The notes beneath the pieces are model-generated. The model was given only the letters and a program-made list of their open reading frames with translations, was not told where the DNA came from and made no database searches. Shown in pieces: positions 39,034 to 50,693 of a stretch of DNA of 64,000 bases. Origin of the DNA: Methanotrichaceae archaeon (GTDB taxonomy: Archaea > Halobacteriota > Methanosarcinia > Methanotrichales > Methanotrichaceae); the NCBI GenBank assembly GCA_963748825.1, contig CAVVKN010000023.1:160001-224000 (forward strand). Reading direction: 5' to 3'. The position numbers and the translations under genes are program-made. Within the stretch, counting starts at the first letter, position 1. The number at the start of each line of letters is the position of its first letter.

Positions 39034-40095
39034 CTATGATTTTGGCAGCTCACCCACAACATTGGGCTCGAGATAATACATCGTTTTCAGCTCTTCATCG
39101 CGAATATCCGGGAATATTGCCAGTTTTTTCTGCACAATCTCCTTTTGCTTCTTATCCACAAGAGATCTGACATTGCCCGGAACCAGATTACCGAAAGGTG
39201 CCAGCTTTACTCCACCTTCTGCCAGTCCGTACCACCATTCCTGCCCGGAATGAGAATTCCAGGTCCCATTATGCACGGATTCTACAATATCGGTCATAAT
39301 AGGTTCCCAGTTCCAAACAGCGCCCGTGAGATATACACGAGGGGAGAACCTGCCGACATCTGAGCCGAAAGATATGAAGTAGATATTCATCTCATCAGCA
39401 GTTTGGCCGGTAGCATCTGAATCGGACCAATGGGTTATGATATCACATCCTTTGCTGATGAGTGATAATGCCACTGCCCGCTCTTTTCCTGGGTCGTACC
39501 AGTCTCCGATCCACTCTACGTACACCTTAGCGCGAGGATTGGAAGATGCGACTCCCTTGGCAAAGGCATTGATGCCGATAATTACCTGGGATGTGGGAAG
39601 GGCGGCAACAAACGCAATCTTTTCCGTCTTGGTCATATTGCCCGCCACTATTCCGGCAAGATACTGAGCCTCATAAATCCTCTCGTAATAAACTCCGGCA
39701 TTGGGAGCCAGCTTTTCCGTCCCGCCGCCCCACATGAAAATGACATCCGGATATTCAGGAGCTACTTCTTTGATGGCATCTATGAAGTTGTAGCTGTGAC
39801 AGAATATCAGCTTGGCTCCATTTTTGGCGTATTCTCTCAAAATTTGGGATGCACCAGGACCTGCAGCATTCTCTCTCTCGGAGAGGTTAACAAAAGATAG
39901 CTTCTGGGCCATTTTGGATGCGCCCGCATGGGCCTCGTACGTCCAGCCATGGTCCCCAACCGGACCAAAATCAAGCAAAGTCACATTTAGATCCAGCTCA
40001 GATTTTCCCGATTCATTAACGGCTGCTGCGCTGCCTGCTACAGCCAAGCCAACCAGGAGAAGAGCACAAAGAATTACAATCGACACGCATTTCAA
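39034..40095 (-). CDS. BMP-family (nucleoside-type) solute-binding protein
   Basis: GPVGDHGWTYEAH, YLAGIVAG and WYDP motifs; signal peptide. Confidence 0.88.
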   Translation of the reverse strand: MKCVSIVILCALLLVGLAVAGSAAAVNESGKSELDLNVTLLDFGPVGDHGWTYEAHAGASKMAQKLSFVNLSERENAAGPGASQILREYAKNGAKLIFCHSYNFIDAIKEVAPEYPDVIFMWGGGTEKLAPNAGVYYERIYEAQYLAGIVAGNMTKTEKIAFVAALPTSQVIIGINAFAKGVASSNPRAKVYVEWIGDWYDPGKERAVALSLISKGCDIITHWSDSDATGQTADEMNIYFISFGSDVGRFSPRVYLTGAVWNWEPIMTDIVESVHNGTWNSHSGQEWWYGLAEGGVKLAPFGNLVPGNVRSLVDKKQKEIVQKKLAIFPDIRDEELKTMYYLEPNVVGELPKS

Positions 40096-40180
40096 TCAGA
40101 CCAGCTCCATTCAACTTCACACCTGTGTATAATTGATTCTCCTAAGAAAATGATAAAGGTTATTATCAAAAAATTGCTGG

Positions 40181-43060
40181 TCAGGTCATTTTCCCTGACC
40201 GCAATTTTTCGAGATCCCTTTGCAGATCAGCGCTCATCTTGGCCCCGTCGAGTTTGGATACGGCGAAAAAATCAAGCGCTATGGAATCGTACTTGATTCC
40301 CTGCAGATTTGCACCCGTAAAATCAGCGTTTTCGAAGGCCGACGTGTCAAAGACGGCACCACTCAGATCCGCACCGGAAAAGTTGGTGTCATTCATATAG
40401 GTCTGGGCAAAACGGACCTTCCGCAGGTCAGCACCGCTGAAATCTGCATCCAATAAGTTCAGCAATAATTATGCTGGACGATCTCAATTTCGCCTTTTTC
40501 CAAACAGTTCCCTTAAGGGTCATGCTATAGAGGTAAGATCCAGTGAGGTCCGCGCCCGATAGATCGGCATCATTGAGAAATACGTTCGCGAGTCGTGACC
40601 CTGCTCATTTGGGCATTTCTCAGATTTGCGCCGGTAAGGTCGACGTAATCCAAGTTGACGTCCTTCAGAGTGCAACCAGATAGATTAGTTCTCACTAAAT
40701 ATGCCCTGGTGAAGTCCGAACCTGTCAGATCGGAATTACTCAGGTTGGCTCCAAAGAGTTCAGATCTGGTGAACTGGCAATTTGTGAGACTGCTGCCGCT
40801 CAGATCCACCCAGCTCATTTTGGCACCGATCATGTTGGTCCGGGTCATATATGCACCATCCATGGCAGCAAGACTAAGATCCGCACCCAGGAGCCTGGCT
40901 CCATTCAAATTGGCGCCAATCAGATTGCACCCGCTAAGCAATGCACCGGTAAGATCGGCGTTTTCAAGATTAGAGTTAGATAGATCGGAATCTTCCAGAT
41001 GCGCTCCGGGCAAACTGGCGCCGGATAGATCGGCTCCAATAAGTCTGGTTTTGTGCATATCGGCAATTTCGAGATTTGCACCGGAGAGATTCGCTTTGGA
41101 GAGATCGGAGCCTTCCAAACCCGAAGAAGCAAGATACGATCCTGAGAGGTTCGCCATGCTGAGGTTTGTATCAGTCAGGTTGGCAAATCCAATGCGAGAA
41201 TTGACTAACCGAGAGCCTACGAACTTTGCGCCATGACAGCGGCTCTCCGAGATATCCGCACCAGTAAGATCTGCATCCGACAGATCCGCATCAATCAGGT
41301 TAGCCCCAACCAGGTCTGCCCCAGACAGATTGGCACCATTCAGGGTCGCATCCATCAGCATGACCCGCCTCATGTAGGCATTGATGAGATTTGCACCCGT
41401 CAGATTGGAGGCGCTGAGGTTGGTGGCCATAAGATCGACCGCGCTTAGGTTTGCACCTACGAATCTTGCACCAGACGCCCTGGCCTCTTCCAAGTTGGCT
41501 TTAAAAAGATTAGCACCTGTCATGTCCGAAGCGATCAAGCCGGTTCCGACGAGATCTGCCTCTGACAGATTGGCTCCCATTAGTCGCGAATTGCGTAAGT
41601 TAGCCCGCCTTAAATAAGCTCTGAATAAGGAGGCTCCAGTTAGATCTGCATTAGAAGATTTACAGCAGACAAGTTTGACTTATCCAGATTTGCTCCGGCT
41701 AGAATCGCATTTGGCAAACGAGCCTGACCCAGGTCCGCTCCCGAAGATTCGCACCAGTCAGATTTGAGCCGGTCATGTCTGCACCAACAAGATAAGCATC
41801 ACTGAGATCGGCAAAGGATAGGTCGGAATCATCCAGGTCGATCTCATCCATTACTGCACCCTCCAAGTTAGCATTAACCAGCTTGCTGTCGGTTAATTGA
41901 GCTTCTTCCAATAACGACCGCTGAGATTTGTCCGCTCAAGGTTTGAGTCTTTTAGCAGCGATCGCAATCAGATTGACTCCGGAAAGATCAAGGCCGCTCA
42001 GGTTTTTACCTCTCAGATTGGACGAGGGTGGAATGGCTGATTAACGATGACGCTCTCCGGCGGAATATCTGAGAGACTGATATTGAAGCGTCGCAGTTCA
42101 ATCATATCGAACATATAAGATTCTGAGGATCGTTTTTACTACCGGTATTTCGTCCGCAGATTCACCTCGCAGAATACGAAGAGCTAGATCCGCGGTCAGG
42201 CTGCCTTGGACTGGACTGGTGGTAATCACTCCGCCAAGCACACCAAAGCCCATGTAGACGTCCCGCGTACCATAAATCGGAACAGAGCTCGCGCTTCGAA
42301 GAAGCCATGCGCTCTCCTCGTGAGTCAGAACTCTTCCAACACTGTCGCGATTGTAATTTAAGAGGAGAAGCAAACTGCCCTCCGACAGAGCAGACGCATT
42401 CCGTTGCAGCTCCTCTACAGTCATATTATCCCAGATAACGAAGCTGATATTTTTGCGGAAAATTCGGAAGAGTCTGGTTCACTACCTCTCGGTTGGCCTT
42501 ACCGGTGGCGGTCCGGTCGTTTACTATAACGATTTGCTTGTTTTCGGATGTAGGCTTTGCATCAGAGAAAGGGTACCTGGGAGATCAAACGCCTCCACTA
42601 CGCCCGTGAAGCCCTTCTTACCGGCCAGCATCTTGTCTTCGAAGAAGTTTACTCCGCAGAAGACCACCGGGCTGCCGGAAAACAATTCATCTCTGTTGCT
42701 TCGCATGAACTGGAAGGCATCGTCATCCGAACAGATTATCACGTCGAAATGGCGATTCTTGTACTTATTTTGATATAATTCCAACAATTCAGCCAGGCGG
42801 GTCTTTGTGGGTGCCTGCTTCTTGGTATCCATATACTCAAAAGAGAAATCTGCAGTGGGATAGTATATGGATAATTGATTTTCTATCTCGCTACCAATGG
42901 AATCGGTCCATCTCAAGCCGGGATTGTAGGAGGCAAGAATTAGAATTTGCTTCGAAGTCTTTTCTTCAGTTGCTAAGGAACCAGTAACCAAAAATGCTAT
43001 CAGAAGAAATCCGATAATGAATTTTACCAAGGCTTGCATAGTATTGAATCTCCGTATCAA
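40181..43060 (-). pseudogene. ABC-substrate-binding-like domain fused to a long pentapeptide repeat; multiply frameshifted (probably one gene)
   Basis: LASYNPG..WT, EYMDTK and PVVFCGVN in 42524..43060, continuing through 42098..42424 and YMFD...VIVNQP into NLSGLDLSG repeats. The C-terminus is paralogous to 37170..39011. Confidence 0.75.
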
Positions 43061-43113
43061 CTAGTTATTACTTGCAATACTTATTACTTGTCTTCATTTT
43101 TAAACGGGTTTAT

Positions 43114-43443
43114 TTATAGAGACGCTACGGTTACATTAGCCAGTCCGGATAATTGACCATTGGGCACCAACTTGTAGACGCTACCATCGATATTGACTTC
43201 GACGTGGTCTTTTTTAGGGACGGCATCAAAATCGTGTGTGGCCAAAAAGAACGCAAGATCCTTCACGCCCATTCGTGGATCCTCATTTTGAGAGATCAAC
43301 TTCATGAGGGCCGAATTATCAGCCGCTGCAAAGGACAAAGCTGTAAAGGACTGTGATGTGAGAAGGATGAGGATTATAGCCAGAATGTGCAAATTCGCGA
43401 TATTATAAAAACCTGTTTTTCTTGTCATCGTTTCTCCAGGCAA
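43114..43443 (-). CDS. Small secreted hypothetical protein
   Basis: Signal peptide; DLAFFLATHDFDA motif. Confidence 0.65.
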   Translation of the reverse strand: MPGETMTRKTGFYNIANLHILAIILILLTSQSFTALSFAAADNSALMKLISQNEDPRMGVKDLAFFLATHDFDAVPKKDHVEVNIDGSVYKLVPNGQLSGLANVTVASL

Positions 43444-43534
43444 CTATCCAACAATATTGTTTTTCATGTACATATTTAGCTGTAATGCTCCTGGCACAAT
43501 TAGCTATTTAAGCCAAAATTTCCATTTATAAACA

Positions 43535-46239
43535 ATGATCTTCCAGATCCTGGACGCCAACTACACCTATGACTCTGATAGAAATCCACTAGTCCAGCTC
43601 TTCGGCACGACCCCGCAGGGTTGGAGCGTTACCTGTCGTGTGGCAGGCTTTCGTCCCTACTTTTATGCGAGCGTGGAAGAAAACCTATCAAGAAGCGCCC
43701 TGGAGGATCTCCGGGCACTGGGACTGGATGTAGAAGAGGTGGAGCGCTTTCTGCCCATCGGCTTTCAGACCACCCCCCAGAAGATGCTCAAGATCACCAC
43801 CCACGACCCCAAAGAGGTGAGAAGCCTCAGAGAAAGGGCAAAAGAGGTGGCCGGCATCAAGGCCGTCTACGAGACGGACATTCTCTTCAAGAACAGATTT
43901 CTCATAGACCGCTCTTTAGGCGGCATGGGATGGGTGGAGGCCCCCATTCCGGAATGGACCACAGGCGGCGGCGCAACGGGAGGCGCCTCTTTCGCCTCGG
44001 CCCTACCACCGATACACGTTGAGGCACTGCATCCGGTGCAGCATGAGACCAATGCTCCGCTGCGCTTTATGAGCTTTGATATCGAGTGCCTGCCCGATCA
44101 GGGAGAGATGCCCAAGGCGGAAAAGTCGCCAGTCATTTTGATCAGCATGGCCTTTGAGCCGGAGTATCAGGGCCAAAAGGATCTGGTGCTGGTGGGAAAG
44201 AATATTGACTGCCCTCGCTCTGACACAAGAGCCTGCCAGGATGAGTACGATCTCTTAGCCCAGTTTGCATCAATCATTCGGGATTACAATCCGGATATCA
44301 TGGCCGGCTACAACTCCAATGAGTTCGATTTTCCCTACCTGCAGGAGAGGGCCAGGCAAAACCGCGTGGAGGCGCGGGTGGGCCGGGACGGCAGCTCCTG
44401 GTATATTAGGAAGATCGTAAGCAGAACCGATGTATCCATTACCGGCCGGGTGGTGGTGGACCTGCTGCCCATCATTCGCTCCTCCTACAGCCTCAAGCAG
44501 TACACCCTCAGAAACGCGGCCGCCGAACTTCTCAAAATGGAGAAGTACGATGTGGACCCCAAAGAGATTGAGGCCCTCTGGGCGGAGAGTGGCGAAGGTC
44601 TGCGCCGCTTCATCAGCTACTCCCGAAGAGATGCCGTACTGGCTATGCACATGCTCCTCGACCTGCGGCTCATGGACAAGTACATCGCACTCTCCCGGGC
44701 CAGTGGCTCATTGCTGCAGGACATCGTGAACGGCGGACAGTCGGGGATGGTTGAGAACCTGCTCATGCGCCGCTTCCGGGAAAGGGGACGGGTGGTGCCG
44801 CCCAAGCCAGATTCAGATGTCTCGGATGAGCGCCATGTGGAGAACGAGGGGCTGAAAGGGGGAGCCGTCCTGGTGCCGGAGAAAGGGCTGGTGGAGGATG
44901 TGGTCATCCTGGACTACAAGTCCCTTTATCCCACCATTATGATGGCCCATAACCTCTGCTACACGACCGTATTGACACAGGGTTCAACGGCTGTAGACAG
45001 TGGGCAAAGATGGGCGGGGGCGAAGGCATCATAACTGCCCCCTCGGGCGGCAGGTTCGTCTCTCCCCAGGTCTCGCCTGGCATCATGCCTGCCGTCTTGC
45101 GGGAGCTGCTCGATGAGAGGACGGCGACCAAAAATCTGATGAAAAAGGCCAGCGAGAACGAGCGTCGCTTTTTGGATGCCAAGCAAAACGCCATGAAGAT
45201 TCTGCTCAACAGCTTTTACGGCTACTCGGGATACGCCCGGGCCCGGCTCTACAGCCTGGCACTGGCCAATGCCGTCACCTCATTTGGCAGGGAGAACATT
45301 CTGCGCACCAAGAAGATCATTGATGAGATCGGCTCAGCCTACGTGATAGACGGAGAGGTGGTCTTCAAGGATGCCCTGCCTTTCGGAAAGGCGGCAGAGA
45401 AATGCTTTGACCTTTCCGTGGTCTATGGGGACACGGACAGCGTCTTTGTGCGTCTGCGGCCCGCCGGGCCTGGGGCTGGAGCGATCTCGCTCGAAGATGC
45501 TGAGCGGATCGGCAGAAAGATTGCAGAAACTGTCACCTCCTCCCTTCCCGAGCCCATGGAACTGGTCTTCGAGGCCTTCGCCCGGCGCGGCATCTTTTTG
45601 GCCAAGAAACGCTACGCACTCTGGGTCTTCGAACCGAGGGGCGACGGCTGGAAGGATAGAATCAAGGTGAGAGGCATGGAGACGGTGCGGCGGGACTGGT
45701 GCGGTCTGACCTCGAAGACGCTCAAGACCTGCCTGGAGCTGGTGCTAAAAGAGGGCAAGGTGGAGGAAGCGGTAGAGCACGTCCGCTCCGTAGTGCTCCG
45801 GCTGCAGAATCTGGATCTCTCTTTGGATCCGTCCCTCCTGGAGGATCTCACTCTGACGCGCCGCTACACCAAGAGTTCCGGCTCCTACAAGAACAAGCAG
45901 CCGCATATTCAACTGGTGGAGAAGATCAGAGAGCGGGGCGGCAGCGTGCCGGGCGTGGGCGACAGGGTGCCCTTTGTCATCGTCCAGGGAAAGAGGGGCA
46001 AAAAGAACAAAGAGCTGTTCGTAAACCGGGCGGAGGATCCCGCCTTTGTTTTGGAGAAGAACATGCCTCTGGACACAGAGTACTACGTAGAGAAGCAGAT
46101 CTTGCCGCCCGTGCTGCGCATCTTCGAGAGCTTTGGGGTCACCAAGGAGCGGCTGTGCCCGGGAAAGGGGCAGAGCAATCTCTTCAGCTTTTGCGAGGCG
46201 CCCAAAGAGCAGAAGCAGAAGTCGCTGTTTGACTTCTAG
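43535..46239 (+). CDS. polB: Family B DNA polymerase, split by one frameshift near 45000 (ORFs 43535..45034 and 45010..46239)
   Basis: Exo FDIE and YN...FD; motif A DYKSLYP; motif B KILLNSFYG; motif C YGDTDS; C-terminal PIP box QKSLFDF. Confidence 0.93.
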
Positions 46240-46258
46240 GAGATTGGCGGTGTCTCTT

Positions 46259-46930
46259 TTAATTTGATGAATTGGGGGCAAGTTCGACTTTGAATATCCT
46301 TTCGCAGGTATGCGGAACCACAATATTTTTAAGTGCATAATTGATCAACCCCAGCCGACGACTGATGGCCAGAGAGTATCTCTGTAGCCTCGAATATTCT
46401 TTGGGATACTCAAAAGTTGCATATATCCGAACATAAGAAACTGAATCGGGAACAGACGTCCCGAAAGTATATACTTGATCGACACCTGGTTTAACAAAAG
46501 TGCGATGACGCAGAACACAGAAGCTATGGTCACATGCTTCTTTGTCGGCATTACAATTTTTGGCATCTAGGACACCGGTGGCACACAGATCTTCCTTCAA
46601 ACAATGGGGAAAATTGAGTCTGCCGAGCAAATGCATTTTATTGGGATCTTTTAAGCTTATAAATCCTGGTTCATCTCTCTTTTCAATATACCTCAATTCA
46701 AGGCATAAGTTATTTACCACAAGGACCGAACTGCCCAAATTTTTCACATGTAAGAGAATTTCTAAGATGAACCGTTCTTTCTGTGAACCAAGAACATTAC
46801 AATCAATGCTGAATTGAGCCGGCGGGAAGATTCCTCTCTCTATTACAAACTTTGTGTATGCTAAAAATGCTGACGCTAGAAGGCCAAGAAACAAAAGAAA
46901 ATCCGTGAGATGTCTGAAATCCGGCCACAT
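46259..46930 (-). CDS. AT-rich membrane-anchored hypothetical protein
   Basis: 223-aa ORF with N-terminal TM helix and lower GC than its flanks. Confidence 0.6.
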   Translation of the reverse strand: MWPDFRHLTDFLLFLGLLASAFLAYTKFVIERGIFPPAQFSIDCNVLGSQKERFILEILLHVKNLGSSVLVVNNLCLELRYIEKRDEPGFISLKDPNKMHLLGRLNFPHCLKEDLCATGVLDAKNCNADKEACDHSFCVLRHRTFVKPGVDQVYTFGTSVPDSVSYVRIYATFEYPKEYSRLQRYSLAISRRLGLINYALKNIVVPHTCERIFKVELAPNSSN

Positions 46931-47090
46931 TTTAATCTAGGATCATTATTAATTAAGTTCAACTCTTTTATTAGCGAGAACTAATATTTAAATTTTGCTA
47001 TTTGTTATCCTTCGCTGAGGAAAGGTAAGGAAGAGGACGCATAAGTTACTGCTGTTTTTTTGGCAGGACCGCATCCTCCCCAATTCTATC

Positions 47091-50000
47091 TTACCTTATA
47101 TCCGCGTGATACTCCTGAAGCGATTTTACCCCCGATCTGCCCTTTGCAAAGGCAGCAATCCCTTTAGCGGCAGCACAAGCAGCCGCGATAGTGGTAATAT
47201 ACGGCACCTTGTACTTGATGGCCGCCTTGCGGATATAGGAGTCGTCGTACTGGCTGGCTTTGCCGATGGGCGTGTTGATGACGAGCTGAATCTGCCCGTT
47301 CTTGATGGCATCGTCAATATTGGGCCGGCCTTCCTGAAGCTTCTGGATCAGATCCGTCTTTACCCCATTGGCAGCCAGGAACTCATGCGTCCCTTTTGTG
47401 GCCATGATCAAAAAGCCCAGTTGAGACAGCTCTCGGGCTACGATTCAGTGCTCCCGGCCGATCTTTCTCGGCAACGGTTATCAGTACGGTCCCCTTCTCG
47501 GGAAGGGTCTGTTTGGCTGCTTCCTCTGCCTTGTAAAATGCCATTCCGAAGGAATCGGCCAGGCCCAAAACCTCGCCGGTTGACCGCATCTCCGGACCTA
47601 ATATCGGATCAACCTCAGGGAACATATTAAAGGGAAACACGGACTCCTTAACCCCAAAGTGCGGGATCTTCTTCTCTGAGAGGCCCATATCCTGCAGCTT
47701 TTTGCCCATCATCAGCTCTGTGGCCATGCTGGCCATGGAGATGTTGCATACCTTCGAGACCAGGGGGACTGTACGCGATGCCCTGGGATTGGCCTCCAGC
47801 ACATAAACCGTATCATCAGCAAGAGCATACTGCATATTCATGAGGCCCACAACATGCAGCCCTTTGGCAATCCTCTGCGTATACTCTTTGATGGTTTTCA
47901 TGTGCCCGGCCGGAATGCTTACCGGCGGAATCACGCAGGCAGAATCCCCGGAATGAATGCCCGCCAGTTCGATATGCTCCATAACGGCCGGAACAAATGC
48001 CTCCCCGCCATCAGAAAGGGCATCGGCTTCCATCTCCAGGGCATTGTCAAGGAACCGGTCGATGAGGATGGGCCGCTTTGGTGTGACATCCACCGCCGCC
48101 AGAACATACCGCTCCAGCATCTCAACATCGTGGATCACCTCCATGCCCCGTACCGCCCAGAACATAAGAAGGCCGCACCATGAGCGGGTAGCCTATCCGT
48201 CTCGCAACCTCCCTGGCCTCCTCCAGGCTGCTGGCCATGCCCGATTCCGGCATGGGTATCTTCATCTGCTCCATCATCTTGCGGAACCGATCGCGATCCT
48301 CGGCCAGGTCGATGGCGTCCACCGATGTCCCCAGAATCTTTACACCGGCGTCGGCAAGCTCCCGGGCAATATTGAGCGGCGTCTGGCCGCCGAACTGAAC
48401 TATCACCCCATCCGGCTGCTCCTGCTTCGTAGATGCTGAGGACATCTTCCACCGTCAGAGGCTCAAAATAGAGCTTGTCGGAGGTATCATAGTCGGTTGA
48501 GACCGTTTCCGGGTTGCAGTTGACCATGATAGTCTCGTATCCCAGATCACGGAGGGCAAAGGCGGCATGAACACAGCAGTAGTCGAATTCAATCCCCTGA
48601 CCGATGCGGTTGGGCCCGCCGCCCAGCACCATGACCTTATGCCTGCCACTGCCTTCCCTTTTATCTTGCTTGGGAATTGATCCATTATAAGTTGAATAAT
48701 AATAGGCCTGATTGAGAGCCCCGCTGACTGGAACCGGCTCCCATACCTCAACAATGCCCAGGCTTTGGCGGGCAAGCCTGATCTCTGCCTCCGGAATAGA
48801 GAGCAGTTTTGCCAGGTACTTATCGGCAAAGCCGTCTCTCTTGGCCAAAAGGAGAAGGTCGTCCGGAAGAGTGCGCCCTTTATGCTTGAGGATCTTTTCC
48901 TCCAGATCCACCAGCTCTTTCATTTGCTCGATAAACCAGGACTTGATATAGGTTAATTCGTGCAGCGTCTCGACGCTGGCGCCTTTTCTCAGGGCCTCAT
49001 ACATGATGAATTGGCGCTCAGATGTTGCGTCCTTGAGCAGATCCATGAGCTCGGAGAGTGACCTTTGATTGAAGTCCCGGGCATAGCCCAGCCCATACCG
49101 TCCATTTTCCAGGGACCGGATGGCCTTTTGAAGTGCCTCTTTGTAGGTTTTGCCGATGCTCATGACCTCGCCCACAGCCTTCATCTGCGTGCCCAGCTTG
49201 TCCTGCACACCTCTGAATTTCTCAAATGCAAAGCGCGGAAATTTCACTACAACGTAATCCCCAGAGGGCGAGTATTTTTCCAGCGTTCCATCACGCCAAT
49301 AGGGTATTTCGTCAAGCGTAACGCCGCAGGCAAGCCTTGCAGAGATGAGGGCGATGGGAAAACCGGTCGCCTTGGAAGCGAGAGCCGAAGAGCGAGATGT
49401 GCGGGGGTTGATTTCAATGACAACGATTCTTCCCGTCTTCGGATCGTGGGCAAACTGGATATTGGTTCCACCAATGACCCGGATTGCTTCCACAATCTTG
49501 TAGGAATAGTCCTGCAGCTTTTTCTGCAGAGCCGGCGAAATAGTCAGCATGGGCGCGGTACAGTAAGAGTCGCCGGTATGAATCCCCATGGCGTCTACGT
49601 TCTCAATAAAGCAAACTGTGATCATCTGATTCTTAGCGTCGCGAACAACTTCCAGCTCCAGCTCCTCCCAGCCGAGCACCGACTCTTCAATTAAAATCTG
49701 GCCGATGAGGCTGGCTGCAATTCCCCTGCTTGCGACGACACGAAGCTCTTCCACATTATAAACCAGCCCTCCACCGGTACCGCCCATGGTATAGGCAGGA
49801 CGCACCACAACCGGATAGCCCAGTTCTGTGGCCGCAGCCACGGCATCCTCGACGCTGTAAACGGCTGTGCTTTTAGGCACCTCGATGCCCAGGCTGTTCA
49901 TAGTCTCTTTGAAGGCAATGCGGTCCTCTCCCCGCTCGATGGCATCAATTTCCACGCCGATTACCAACACATTGAATTTGTCCAGGATTCCCGCCCTGGC

Positions 50001-50306
50001 AAGCTCACAGCTTAAATTAAGGGCGGATTGGCCACCAAGATTTGGCAAAATAGCATCCGGCCTCTCCTTTTCAATGATCTGCGTCATTCTTTCTAAATTC
50101 AGCGGCTCGATGTAGGTGATATCGGCCATGGCCGGGTCAGTCATGATGGTGGCGGGATTAGAGTTGACCAGAACAATTTTGTATCCCAGCCCGCGCAGCG
50201 CCTTGCAGGCTTGAGTTCCGGAATAGTCGAATTCGCAGGCCTGCCCGATAACGATAGGGCCGGAACCGATGATCATCACTTTGCTGAAATCGTCTCGCTT
50301 CGGCAT
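47091..50306 (-). CDS. carB: Carbamoyl-phosphate synthase large subunit, with apparent frameshifts near 48430, 48160 and 47440
   Basis: MPKR...[36 protein letters not shown] and the MGS domain, distributed over four ORFs. Confidence 0.93.
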
Positions 50307-50693
50307 GTTTGCATTCTCCCATTTTATATTCTTAAATCTGCCGTTTGCACCGTTAAAAAACCTCTTTAGACTGATTGCAGCAGATACATAACGAATCTCA
50401 GAAACAGAGATCAGATTCTTAGCGAAGCGTAAATGATCTTCGTTAACTAACGAGTTTAATTATATCTAATACAATTATCGGATAATTGCATATACACGGC
50501 TGCTAACGCGGAATCTATTTCCAACCATCTGGCGAGAAAATGATGAAAAATGTGGAACCGTGATTAAGCGAAAGGTTCAAGTAGTTCGACATTCAACGAA
50601 ATCACGGATCCCTAGGTTTAGAAACAATTGATCAAACGTACTGAGATATTGTTAGTACTTAGGCGTTATAGGGATCTTACAGGGGGTTTGTAC

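Noticed and set aside
37500-41620. Plus-strand ORFs rich in RSAP/RLAP repeats
   Set aside because: Antisense shadows of the pentapeptide-repeat genes.
43535-46239. Casposon or viral polymerase, or an intein in polB
   Set aside because: It is a cellular-type PolB with a PIP box and normal length, with no cas1, terminal repeats or intein motifs nearby.
47091-50306. Programmed frameshifting or true fragmentation of carB
   Set aside because: Several independent shifts without consistent slippery sites, in a region with many other indels, point to assembly error.
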